A DNA stretch of 64,000 nt from Eledone cirrhosa (taxonomy: Eukaryota), in assembly GCA_964016885.1 (NCBI GenBank), contig OZ024740.1, positions 259,408,001 through 259,472,000 on the forward strand. The letters run 5' to 3'. Below, one piece after another: positions 14,352 to 26,328 of the stretch. Both the position numbers and the translations under genes were made by a program. Numbering within the stretch: position 1 is the stretch's first letter; every line of letters begins with the position of its first letter. The notes under the pieces were generated by a model. It had not been told where the DNA came from. It ran no database searches and saw only the letters and a program-made list of their open reading frames with translations.

Positions 14352-14682
14352 CGTCTTCGTAGATAACGTGATCTAAGATGTCTTTCATAAGTTCAGCCTC
14401 TTTAGAAGTATCGAAGACCTGTTCTTTACGTTTAGAATGGAATGAACTGTGGTGCCTGTACGAAGAATTAGATAAAAGGACGGGAATTTGGTAAAGTTTT
14501 GTACCTCCGTTGATGTTTTGACGTAACATTGAAGAAGCGATGTACCGCGTGTGAATCCATCTAGTCTCTATTATATTACACAATTGCCCCTTTTTCTGAT
14601 ACTGAGAAGGGGAAAACAATCTTTTCATGACCTGATGGCCACACGAAATAACAGTACGAAGATTCAATATCACAGATGGCAT
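14352..14682 (-). CDS. RPUSD3: RPUSD3-like, coding exon 1 (basic N-terminus resembling a mitochondrial presequence)
   Basis: ATG at 14682; 331 nt open, ending ..DILDHVIYED G|gtaata; splicing to exon 2 gives VIYEDDCIIAINKPSG, the canonical RluA start motif. Confidence 0.82.
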
Positions 14683-14818
14683 TGAGAAGTTTATACTAAA
14701 CGTTGGACAAATACAACGTTAATGACTTAGAAACGGTGTAGAGAAAATGTTTGCCCTTGAGTTCTGTTAAAACAAAGAGTTACCGCCCATGTATTCAAAA
14801 CAAGGGAGGGAATTGTAC

Positions 14819-14997
14819 ATAATTGTTTCTACTTTAGGCACAAGGCCAGCAATTAGCTAGTGCATTACTGGTACTTTATTTTATCGACCCCGTAAGGATG
14901 AAAGGCAAAGTCAACCCCGGCGGGATTTGAAATCAGATCGTAAAGGGACGTAACTATGCTGGAAAGCATGGCGTCCGACCTTCTACCGATACTGCCA
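14819..14997 (-). mobile_element. tRNA-derived SINE
   Basis: A box TGGCAGTATCGG, B-box-like GATTTCAAATCC, core GCCTTTCATCCTTACGGGGTCGATAAAATAAAGTACCAG shared with other copies. Confidence 0.8.
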
Positions 14998-14999
14998 GG

Positions 15000-17900
15000 G
15001 AAGAATTGTTGTCCTGTTCCGTGCGGTGGCACACCCTGGGGTGGCTGTAGAGACCAATCCTGGACCTGCAGGCTCTGGTACAGCTGGGGCAAGTGTATAT
15101 TTGGCCAGTTGATGGTTGGATGGCAGACAGCTTTATTCTTTGATGTTTGTCTTCAGTCGCCGCCTCCCTGCCCTCTTCAAAGCTGTTTTGATCATCACTC
15201 TCCATTTCTCTCTGTCCTCTGCCAGGTATTCCCATTCCCTGTGATCAATATTGCATTGGATCAGCTGACGCTTGAGTTGGTCTCTGAAGCTTTTTCGGGG
15301 GGGGGGGGCTTGGTTTCGATTGCCTTGGCGTAGTTCACCGTAGAAAACTGCCTTTAGCATCCTAGAGTCGTTCATGCTCGAGACATGACCTGCCCAGGAG
15401 CTGTCTCAGCATCAGCATGCTCTCAATGCTTGTGATATCGGCCCCCTCGAGAACTTCCTCGTTTGTTACATAGTCCTGCCAAGGGATGCCCATGATGGAG
15501 TGAAGGCATCGCTGATTGAATATTTCCAGTAGCTTGATCTGCTTCCGGCACAGGACCCAGCTTTCATCTCCGTGGGTAGTGACTACAACAGCTTTGTAGA
15601 CTCTAATCTTTGTGGTCAGGCGTAGAGAGTGGTCTTGCCACACACGTTTCTACAAGCGTCCGTATGAGCTGCTGGCTTATAGCGATTGTTTTTTGGGATG
15701 GTCGTGTAGGTTGGTTGTGATTGTGTTGTGGTGTTGATTCGTGTGTTGCGTGTGGACTCACTTGTAGCTTGCTGTGTCGTGTGGTCACTGTTGTGTGATG
15801 CTGTGTGACCAGAGATTGCATGTGTGCAGGTAAATGAGTAAGTGTTCATTAAGATGATGATGATATGATAGTTCCTTGATCACGCAGAAAATGAATATAT
15901 ATAAATGAACCACGATAACACCAAACCGCTAAATTATTAATTTATTGATTATAACTCACGCCGAAGTTATACGAAAAATACACAAGAATTATGTACATTA
16001 TTTCTTTGTTTGTAAAAGTAGAGTTAAAGTCGTATTTACCAAGAAAACCTGACTTGGTTAAGAGAGAGACCAAGAGGTAGATATTGAGTGAAAGAGAGAG
16101 AGAGTAAGAGAAAGTAAGTCTGACGACCCGGCGGAGTCTGTAGAAAGCAAATGTTTTACATGTTTACTCTATCAAGAACTGCCCCCGGCTTAATCTAAGA
16201 CAGGCTATTTATCTCTGTCGCTTCCTCTGACGCCAAGCCTTGAGAACAAATGGATGACCTCTGGAGGTCGTCCACTCTCAGACTTCTTGACACCCGAAAG
16301 GAGATAACCCAAAAAGGATCGTTAAATGTCACCTAGGGTTCAAGTTGTGGACAGATTTCGCTACAGGCTTTGGCAATGCGTTTGTTAATATGCTTTGCTG
16401 AGGTAGCGTCGTTGGTGATGACGCTTTCCAAATATGTTAAGTGCTCCACTACACTGATAGGGTACCCATCGATGTTAATCTGCAGAAGGTGATACTCTTC
16501 CTTTGTTGGCTTCTTGCACATGACTTCCGTTTTCTTGAGGCCGATGGTCAAGCCAAAGGCTTTGGCTGCCCGAGCAAAGCAGCTGACGGCTACCTGAAGA
16601 TCTTCCTCCTTGTGTGCCAGAAGGGCACAGTCATATGCGAACAGCAGATCCAGGATCAACTCCTCCATTGTTTTGGTGCAGGTGAGCAGTCGCTACAAGT
16701 TGAGCACACTCACATCAGTACGGAACCGGATGTAAATGCCCTCACACAAATCTTTCTTTGATTCGTGGAGCATCATGTTGAAGAAGATTGCAAATAAGGT
16801 TGGGACAAGGACACAGACTAGTTTCGCGCCATTCTCGGTGGGGAATTGATCGGAGAGACCACGATTGTGCTTCACCTGTCCTTGTTGTCCTGTGTTGAGT
16901 TGCTGGAGCATGGTCCGGAATGTTGGCGGACATCCAGGTCTGCTGAGAATCTCCCACAGTCCATACCTACTAACTGTATCGAATGCCTTCGTCAGGTCAA
17001 AGAAGGCAGCGTACAGCGCCGTATTTTGTTTTTTACATTTTTCTTGGATCTGGCGGAGGAGAAAAATCACGTCTGTGGTGCCGCAGTTGGTACGGAACCC
17101 ACATGGACTTTCTGCGAGGACATCCTCTGCAATGGCTGGGATGAGTCAATTGAGCAAGACTCAAGATAGAATTTTGCCTGCAGTTGAGAGTAACGTGATA
17201 CCACGGGAGTTTGAGGAGTCTGATTTTTGGCCTTTGTTCTTGTACAGAGACATTATCACAAAATTTCGGAGGTCTGTTGGTATCTCTCCTTTTCACCAAC
17301 ACTCTACAAATAGGCCCGTAAGCTTTTCAAGGAGTGAGACACCACCATAATTATACACCCCAGCATGAATACCGTCAACACCAGGAGCTCTCTGTGTTTT
17401 CAGGTGGGTGACTGTAGTCTTTACCTCCTCTAGGAGGGTGGTGCATCCAGCTCACTTTTGACTTATTGTTGTGAGATGTTGATTGAAACGTCTGCTACTG
17501 AGCGTTTGTCCCCAACAGGTTGCCATAGTGTTCAGTCCAGCGGTTTAGGATAGTATTTTTGTCTGTGAGCAGTGCTGACCCATCTACTGAACGGAGAGGG
17601 GCTTGTGTTTGGTGAATGGGACCATAGATCTCTCTGAGTGCCTCATAGAAGTCTATGGTTTTGCCAATATCTGCATAGTGCTGTATTCTCTTGGCCTGTT
17701 CTGTCCACCATTTATTTTGGATCTCCCTAAGCTTCCTCTGTAGGGTGCTGCAGGTTTTCCTGTATGTCGACCTGGCTTACTGGCTATTCGGACTCGACAA
17801 CACTCGATGTGCAGAGCGTTTTTCGTCAATGAGATTTTGGATCTCATCATAATTCTCGTCAAACCAGTCTTTGTTCTTCCTTGTAGAGAAACCCACCACT

Positions 17901-19570
17901 TCTGCTGCTGTGTCTTGCAACGTCCTCTTCAGGTCTTCTCTTCCCAATAAGTCTTTGGTTCGGCATTGGAAGCTACAATAGTGTTGAGCTTTGCTTCCAG
18001 CTTTTCCTGAAATTTCCCCTTCAGCAAGGGGAAGCGATTAACATTGATTTTCTTGAATTATGGGGTTCTTTTCTTTACCGTGGGTTTTATTGTTAATCTG
18101 AGGGTTGATCGTACGAGCTGATAGTCAGTGTAGCAGTTGGCACACGGCATAACTCAGGTATCCAGTACATCTTTTGTATCTCTGATGCACAAGGATATAA
18201 TCCAGTAGGTGCCAATGCTTGGAGCGTGGGTGCCTCCATGTTGTTTTGAACCTTTTTTTTTTCTGGAAAAGGGTGTCGGTGATGGCTATGGTGTGCTCAA
18301 TGCATAGCTCAAGGAACAGCCGGCCGTTGTCGTTGCAGTTGCCTATCCCATGTCGTCTGAGAATGCCAGGCCAAATGGCATGATCTCTGTCAACCCTTGC
18401 GGTGAAATTGCCCATGATAAGCTGTTGTCTTCCTGGATGAGTGATCTCAGTTCACTGTAAAAGGATTCTTTTGCAGTAGGGCCTGCTTGCAGCATTAGAG
18501 CATAAACACCAATGATGGTGAGGAACTGGTTGTCTTGCAAGGGAAGACGGAGAGACATCAGTCGGTCAGAGTGACCAACTGGGAGGCCTTCAAGACGGTT
18601 AGCGATGCTGTATTTTATCATGCAACCAACTTCAGACATCCTGTGATCGTCTTTGACCCTGCCAGACCAGTACAAGGTGTAACCTACACCCTGTTACACC
18701 AAGAACCCCTGCTCGACCAGGCAAACATCGCTCATGGCAGCAATGTCAATTCTCAGTCGATCTAGCTCCTTGGCTACTAATGCTGAGCGCCTCCGTGGGT
18801 GGTTGTTGTCATCATAATCCTGCATTGCGCGAACATTCCAACATGCCAGTTTAAAACTTCTCGTTTTTTTTTCAATTATCATCTTGGTTCTACCGCTGTA
18901 AGGAGATGCCCATTGGCCGCAGTGAGCCAACCAGGTTAGGATGAGACAAACTTTTTTAGACTACCTTTTCTAGGTCCATCTCCTTGTGGAGCAATCGGTG
19001 CTGTCCCTGTAGAGAGCTGCTTGGTGCCCAGAGTGCTGCCGAATGCTGCTGTTCTCTCGTTTAGCAGGCAACCGACCCATACATCTGAACCGCCTACATG
19101 CGGAGTTGAGACTGCGACTTCCAGTCCATCTAGTACCTATCGGTTCGCCCCTTCTCCGGGACTTCTGTAGGACTTAGACAACTACTTCCCGCGCAGTGGT
19201 TTTTCAGTGAGAGTCAGTGCGCTCAAACCGATCCAACTCTTTAGGACATGGAGACTTTCTCCAGTGCCTCAGCACTGGTTCAAAAGCCTATCCCGAAGAC
19301 ATTGGCGTTTGGAATCACAGTTTTCTTTCTATGCTGGTTGTCAACCAAGGCTACTATGAGCCCAGCTTGCCCATCGCTCAGTTATACCTCTGAGTACCCG
19401 GTCGCGTCTGCAGCAAGCTCTGTAGAAACAGGTGGTACCACGAGAAGGTGTTCTTGGAGACACAGTTGTGAAGGAGAAGCTACATGCATGTGCGCACAGC
19501 AAGCTGTTGACACAGCGGCAGTCACTTCCCCAGGACAGGAGAGGGTCTGCAATCGCATCACTGTCCTTAA
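15000..19570 (-). mobile_element. Near full-length, decayed RTE (BovB-like) LINE
   Basis: KLACWNVRAM, TTWRHPRSKHWHLLDYIL, AFFDLTKAFDTV, LLFAYDCAL (FADD site), C-terminal CPSCTRACRSRIGLYSH zinc finger; many stops. Confidence 0.9.
15678..16365 (-). mobile_element. Solo LTR (688 bp) inserted in the RTE
   Basis: 4-bp TSD GGCT (15674-15677, 16366-16369); termini TGTAGCGA...TCGCTATA on minus; removing it restores the RTE frame RIAKASSSYGRL. Confidence 0.8.
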
Positions 19571-19796
19571 CCACCACCCTTATCAGTTTAAATGTTTTTT
19601 AGCTATGTTCATAGCTTATAAACATTTCTAAGCATTAAGTTGTGGAATTGAAATAGAAGCTCCACCGTAATATTTTTTACTGTTATATATTCTAATAATT
19701 GTTTCTACTTTTGGCACAAGGCCAGAAATTACCCAGTACATTAGTGGTACTTTATTTTATCGACCCCGTAAGGATGAAAGGCAAAGTTAACCTCGG

Positions 19797-22700
19797 GTAG
19801 AGAGGGCCCTTGAGTCTAGTAAGACATCCTCTCTAGTGCTGGTGGCACAAATAAAAGCACCCAGTCCATGCTGTAAAGTGGCGCTGGTGTTAGGAAGGGC
19901 ATCCAACCAGTGTATCAATGCCAAAAAGCTTATCAGCACAGCAACAAAACAGCATAGAAAAATATGAAGACGTCGCATCTCAGAGTTGCAACACTTAATG
20001 TTGGCACTCTCAGAAGTAGATCTGCTGAAATAGCGGAGATGCTGGAGAGAAGGCAGGTGGATGTGTGCTGCGTGCAAGAGGTGAGATGGAGAGGTGCCTC
20101 TGCGAGACTAGTCGTAGGCAAGCGTCTTAGCTATAAGCTATTCTTGGTAGGTAAGGATGATGGGTTAGGGGGAGTAGGTATTTTCCTGGCTGAGAAATGG
20201 ATCAATAAGACAATAGAGGTAGTTCGAGTTAGTAATCGAATAATTAAGCTTAGATTAGTTGTAGGTAGGACTACTGACAATCATCTCGGTCTATGCTCCC
20301 CAAGCAGGCCTAGGCAAAGATGAGAAAGACTGCTTTTATGAGCAACTTTTGCAAACAACCACAATGACAGAGGACGGATACATCGTTATGCTAGCAGGAG
20401 ACTTCAATGGTCATGTTGGACAGCTCCAGGATGGTTACACTGGGGGACATGGTGGGCACGGTTACGGTTCAAGAAATGAAGAAGGAGTGAGACTTCTTGA
20501 ATTTTGTGATGCAAGTACATTGACTATTTGCAACACAAACTTCCAGAAACCTGCCAATCACCTAATAACCTACAAATCTGGTGAGCACATAAGCCAGATT
20601 GACTTCCTGCTAGTTAGGCAGCGGGACAGGCAGATAGTGTCTAATACCAAGGCATACCCTGGGGAAGAATGTACCCCACAGCATAGGTTAGTTGTTAGTG
20701 ATATCTCAGTAAGCAAGAGATGCAATGAGACATATAGGAAGGTGTGGAGAAGAAAGGTCTGGAAGCTAAAAGACCTTTCACTAAAATTCAAATTTAGGAA
20801 AGCCCTTCAAGATGTATATGACGAAAAGGAAGACGATTTAGAGACGTATGACATAGATAATAACTGGAAGTTCTTACGTGACAACTTGCTGCAGGCTACT
20901 GATGAAACCTGTGGCTGGAGCAGAGCTCCAACCAGACAGAGAGTGACCTGGTGGTGGAACAGCACAGTAGATAAGGCTATTAGAGACAAAAGACTAGCAT
21001 GGAAGGCTTGGGAAAAGGGTGGGAGTAGGGAAGAATATACAGCCACTAAGAGAGAAGCTAGACGTCAGGTGTACTTAGCACGCAGGGAGGCAGAGAGTAG
21101 GAGGTTTGCTAATGTTCTGCGACGGGAAGATCAGAGGCGTGCGGTGTTCCACATTGCAAGGCAGTGTGTCAATGCAAATCAGGATGTTGTTGGTGATAAA
21201 TGTGTCCGGGATGATGCCGGTGTACTTAGTGTCACGAATGACCAGAAAAAGGAGGCCTGGAAATGTCATTATGAGAGACTGATGAATGTGGAGAACGAAT
21301 GGGAGAGAGAGAAATTACCCTTGGTAGATCAGACAGAGGGACCAGCTATTGAGATTGACGAATATAGGGTCCAAGAGGCGATTAGGGAAATGAAAAATGG
21401 TAAGGCGGCCGGACCATCGGGAATAGTTGCTGAGATGCTGAAGACATCAGGGGACGTAGGCACTAAACTGGTTGCACGCATCATCAATCAGGCTATATAT
21501 GGTGGTGTCATACCCAAAGACTGGTGCAGCAGTATTCTCATAAATTGCTACAAAGGTAAAGGGGGTGCTTTGGATAGGAGCAATTATAGGGGTATAAAAC
21601 TGATAGATCAGGTTATGAAAGTGGCAGAAAGGATTTTAGCACAACTAATTAGAGAAAGGGTCAAACTAGATGAGATGCAGTTTGGTTTTGTGCCTGGGAA
21701 GAGTACAACAGATGCCCTCTTCTTGGTGAGACAAATGCAAGAGAGGTTCTTAGAGAAGAATAAGCCACTATACTTAGCCTTTGTTGACCTAGAGAAGGCC
21801 TTTGATAGGGTACCCCGATCTGTCATCTGGTGGTCCCTAAGGAAGCTGGGTGTTGAGGAATGGCTTGTGAGGACAGTGCAAACTTTGTACAGAGGTACTC
21901 TCAGTAAAGTCAGAGTAGGAATGGAGTTTAGTGAGGAATTCCAGATACAAGTAGGAGTACATCAGGGTTCGGTCCTCAGCCCGCTCTTGTTCATTATAGT
22001 CCTCCAAGCCATAACAGAGGAGTTTAAGACTGGCTGTCCATGGGAACTTCTCTATGCTGACGATCTGGCTCTTATGGCAGAATCAGTAGAGGAGCTAGAG
22101 AATAAATTCCGGCTATGGAAACAGCAGTTGGAAGCAAGAGGACTGAGAGTAAATCTAGCTAAGACAAAAGTGTTGATGAGTAGAAAAGAGGACAAAACCC
22201 TGATTCCGTCAGGGAAATGGCCATGTTCGATATGCAGAAAAGGAACTGGCATAAATTCTATAAAATGCACACAATGCAGGTCCTGGGTACACAAGAGATG
22301 TAGCGGGATAGCAGGCAAACTAACAGGTAGGGAGAAATATGTATGCAGTAGATGTACAGGGAAATTAGACAGTAGAAGTCGCACTGATAGACACATTTTT
22401 CAAATGCGAGAGGGCGCTATAGAAGTGGTGGATAGCTTCCGGTACCTAGGAGATCAGATTAGCATGGGAGGAGGGTGTTCCGAGGCCATAGTATCTAGAA
22501 TAAGGACGGGTTGGAAGAAGTTTAGGGAGCTGCTTCCTCTGTTGACGAAGAAGGGTTTCTCCCTGCGTACGAAAGGCCGGTTGTATGATGCCTGTGTGAG
22601 GAGCGCGATGCTGCATGGTAGTGAGACATGGGCAGCAACCGCAGAGGATATGCGACGGCTGGAGAGAAATGAGGCAAGCATGCTCCGTTGGATGTGCAGT

Positions 22701-23055
22701 GTAAATGTGCGTGAACGACTCAGCATAAATGTGTTGAGAGAGAAACTGTGTCTGAGAGGGATAGAATGTAGTGTACGGGAGAGGAGACTGAGGTGGTATG
22801 GACATGTGATGCGCATGGAGGATGACCGATGGGTGAAGAAGTGCCAGGAAATGCCAGTTGAAGGAAGACGTGGTAGAGGTAGACCACGAAAAACATGGGC
22901 GGAGGTGGTGAGAACAGACCTCAGATCATTGAAGCTCACGGTGGAGATGACGAGGGACCGTGACGAGTGGAGAGATGCTGTGCTGAATAAGACCCGTCCC
23001 ACCCTTGCAAGCAGGGAAAAGCGGACGTAAAATGATGATGATGATGATGATGATG
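19797..23055 (+). mobile_element. Nearly intact RTE LINE
   Basis: Short 5' UTR, EN-RT ORF with one frameshift, stop at 23030 followed by (GAT)n tail. Confidence 0.96.
19964..23030 (+). CDS. RTE ORF: AP endonuclease + reverse transcriptase + PHD-type finger (one frameshift near 20272)
   Basis: ATLNVGTL, CCVQEVRW, AGDFNGHVG, SQIDFLL, NYRGIKL, AFVDLEKAFD, QGSVLSP, LLYADD, CSIC..CTQC..H..C..CSRC. Confidence 0.92.
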
Positions 23056-23243
23056 AATTGTTTCTACTTTTGGCACAAGGCCAGCAATTATCTCAGTGCA
23101 TTACTGGTACTTTATTTTATCGACCCTGTAAGGATGAAAGGCAAAGTTAACCTCGGCAGGATTTGAACTCAGATCAGAAAGCGGTGTAACTCTGTGCTGC
23201 AAAGCCTGTTGTCCGACCCTCTACCGATACTGCCAAACCACCA
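23056..23243 (-). mobile_element. tRNA-derived SINE
   Basis: A box TGGCAGTATCGG, B box GAGTTCAAATCC, shared core. Confidence 0.85.
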
Positions 23244-23590
23244 ATAATGGGGCGATTTAACCCATTGAACAGAAAAAGAAGGTTCAGTGGGTTTAAATAA
23301 TATAATATGAAGGTGTAAATGTTTAAAATTATATCTAACGCCACTGGGTAACCTTCTAACGGGAAAATATTTGTCAGACAAGTTGTAGGAAATCCAAGTG
23401 CCCGCCATAATTATATCTGGATAAAAATAGTTGCCTGATTATCAATTCCAGGAAAATCGGTAAGAATTTAAGGAAGATAACTCTTGCCTTTGGTTTCAAA
23501 GTTATTGCCCTTGTAAAAACATTTTTTTTTTTTTGTCAATAGATACAAATATATATATTGTATACACACACACACACACACACACACACT

Positions 23591-23634
<44 letters not shown>

Positions 23635-23843
23635 CGAATTTCAACCGTTGAGGTTGTCTTTTTTCCGGGTATGTCAATATTTATTTATAAAACAAATCTG
23701 TATTTTATCTAATGAAAGCGCACCATAATTTACCTTGGTCGCCCTTGAAATATATATAATAAAATAATTATGGTTTTATAAATATAGTTTCCATTTATTA
23801 ATATATTGTATATATATATATATATTTTTTCCGACGGAATTAC

Positions 23844-23966
<123 letters not shown>

Positions 23967-24320
23967 ATACACACACACACTCATGGCGAATGTAATCGAT
24001 AGTTTGCATTATTGCACACACACACACACTCGCATATATATATGATTGGGAATCAGTAAAATCGAATCTCTGGCGGTTTGCAAGTAATTCGGCCTACTTA
24101 TATGAAGTGATGGGTTAGTATATACACACACACACTCATGGCGAATGTAATTTCTCGATAGTTTGCATTAATTTAACAAGAAACTATGGAGTTTTATGGA
24201 AAATTCGAAATAGAGTCCGGTATTGTATGTCAATGGAGATATTCTTCTGTGAACACCGTGTATGAAACAGTGGCTAGCTAGCTCCATCTTTGTCAACCTT
24301 AAGTCTATAAAACACCAAAC

Positions 24321-24357
24321 ATGAATAAAGGTTGGCTAGAGTTGGAAAGCGATCCTG
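24321..24357 (+). CDS. BAP1: BAP1 deubiquitinase (UCH family), coding exon 1
   Basis: ATG...GAT CCT G|gtaagt = MNKGWLELESDP(G), the BAP1 N-terminus; 37 nt. Confidence 0.97.
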
Positions 24358-25574
24358 GTAAGTTAATTCTCATTATACATAATTACTGGAATTATATATA
24401 TTGTAGAGAGTTAGAAGCCAACTGGATCTTAAAACCATTCGTCAATTGCCATATTTCTAATGAAAGATACTTCACATGATTTTCAAATACTTTTTGAAAA
24501 TAATCAAGAATAGGAAAATATTTATTAATATAACTAACTTTCTCATAATTAAGCTGGTGTTTGGAAATTAACGAATGTTTTTACATCAAAAGAGTTCATG
24601 TTACTTCTCTGAGAAAATGTTTACAAATTATACAGCACATTCCATTTTAGTGTTGCTCACTGTGCAGCGGCTATGTGTTATCCCGATATTTCTTTTAGTC
24701 CAGCGGCTCACCTGGCATTGACCAGTGCTTTGAGTATCATTGTTTCAATGCCTGACATTATTTTTTATTCCAATCCAGGGCCTTCTCACTCCTCTTGGAG
24801 GAACCCCTCCCTAGTTGACCCCCATCGATTTCTCTTTTGTTTTGGTCATGTCAAGCACGTAGCCGTACTCATCACACTTGACCGCGGGTTGGTGAGGCTA
24901 TTTAACCCATAGTTGGGACATATATATAAATTTATATATATATGTGTGTATAAATATATATGTATGTACACCGGGTCAGAGCTTACGAACCTCAACATCT
25001 ATAATAACAACAATAGCAGCATCAAAACGATAAAATGTCAAACAACATTAACTGCCATCATCACCACCCAGTCAAAACGATCAACAAACAGCAACATCTA
25101 CAACAACAACATCAACCACCACCACCACCATTCAATCAACGATCAAACCTTATGAAAACAACAACGAAACGATAAATCTAAACAGCAACATACTAACAGC
25201 TTCAATTGTACCCATTCTTTCAAAAGACAACAGTATAGTATTAATAATGACAATAATATGTGTGTGTGTGTTTGTATGCATGAGTGTTTGCGTGTGTGAA
25301 TGAATGTGTGTTCGTATGTATGGGTGAAGTGAGAAGAAACTCCTTAAAACCTGCAGATGAAGCAACTCCCAGTCATCTTGCTTTGGCATGCCACTGGACT
25401 CTAGTTTCGGATACTCAGAGAGTGGTACTCGTGTTTTACAAGCGTTTACCACTATAATATACTGGTGTACAGATATCTCTTACATCTTTCTTCATCTATT
25501 CTGTTTCTAAAATACTGCGGTAATAGACGAATGGTAACATGTATGTATGTTTGAATGTATTCATCTATGTATGT

Positions 25575-26250
25575 CGGCAAAGCATAAACGAACTAAGGAA
25601 AAAATTAGAAATAAGAGGGATCAGATGTTGTTTACTCGAGAGAAGGCTACGTTGGTACGGTCACGTGATGCGCATGAAAGACGACAGCTGTATAACAAAG
25701 TGCAGGGCAATAAAGATAGACGGTAGCCACGGAGTAGGCAGACCCAGAAAAACATGGGACGAGCTGATAAATTCCGACCTCACACGCTTACACCTCTCCA
25801 AGACAATGTCACTGGACCGAGACCTTTGGCGGTACTCAGTAATAGAGAAGACCCGCCTTACCTAAATACAAAGTAAAAACCTACTACAGTCAGTAGGCAT
25901 CTCTATCAAAACACACCCCCGTCCCACCACCTCCACTCCACCCACACCGCCCCTTTCAATGTAAAGTTATGTTGGTCCCACAACATCCAGGCCGAAACAA
26001 ATGAGATCGTGTAGGTGTCACGACAAAAAACACACAGTCCACGCTGTAAATGTGGCCGTGTAGGCAACACGGTAAAAACCTCCCAGCCCCACACTGTAAA
26101 TGTGGTTGGTGTTAGGAAGGGCATCCAACTGTAGAAAACCCGCCAGACAGTCCTATGCGAGCAAGACAACCACTCTTGCCTCAAGTGGGAAAACCCCCGT
26201 CCAAACCCATGCAAGCGTGGAACACGGACGCTAAACCTGATGATGATGAT
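25575..26250 (+). mobile_element. RTE 3' fragment (subfamily of 50100-53095)
   Basis: [23 protein letters not shown]; matching 3' UTR; (GAT)n tail. Confidence 0.9.
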
Positions 26251-26328
26251 GTAATGTATGTATGTATGTATATATACATGTATGTGTATGTATGTATATA
26301 TGCATGTGTATGTATGTGTGTGTGTATT

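Noticed and set aside
23735-23744. Possible 10-nt minus-strand micro-exon (ag|GGCGACCAAG|gtaaat)
   Set aside because: No homology or frame support; such signals occur by chance
23968-24170. Short duplicated motif CACTCATGGCGAATGTAAT..GATAGTTTGCATTA upstream of BAP1 as a regulatory element
   Set aside because: Adjacent to microsatellites, likely slippage or assembly duplication; no functional evidence
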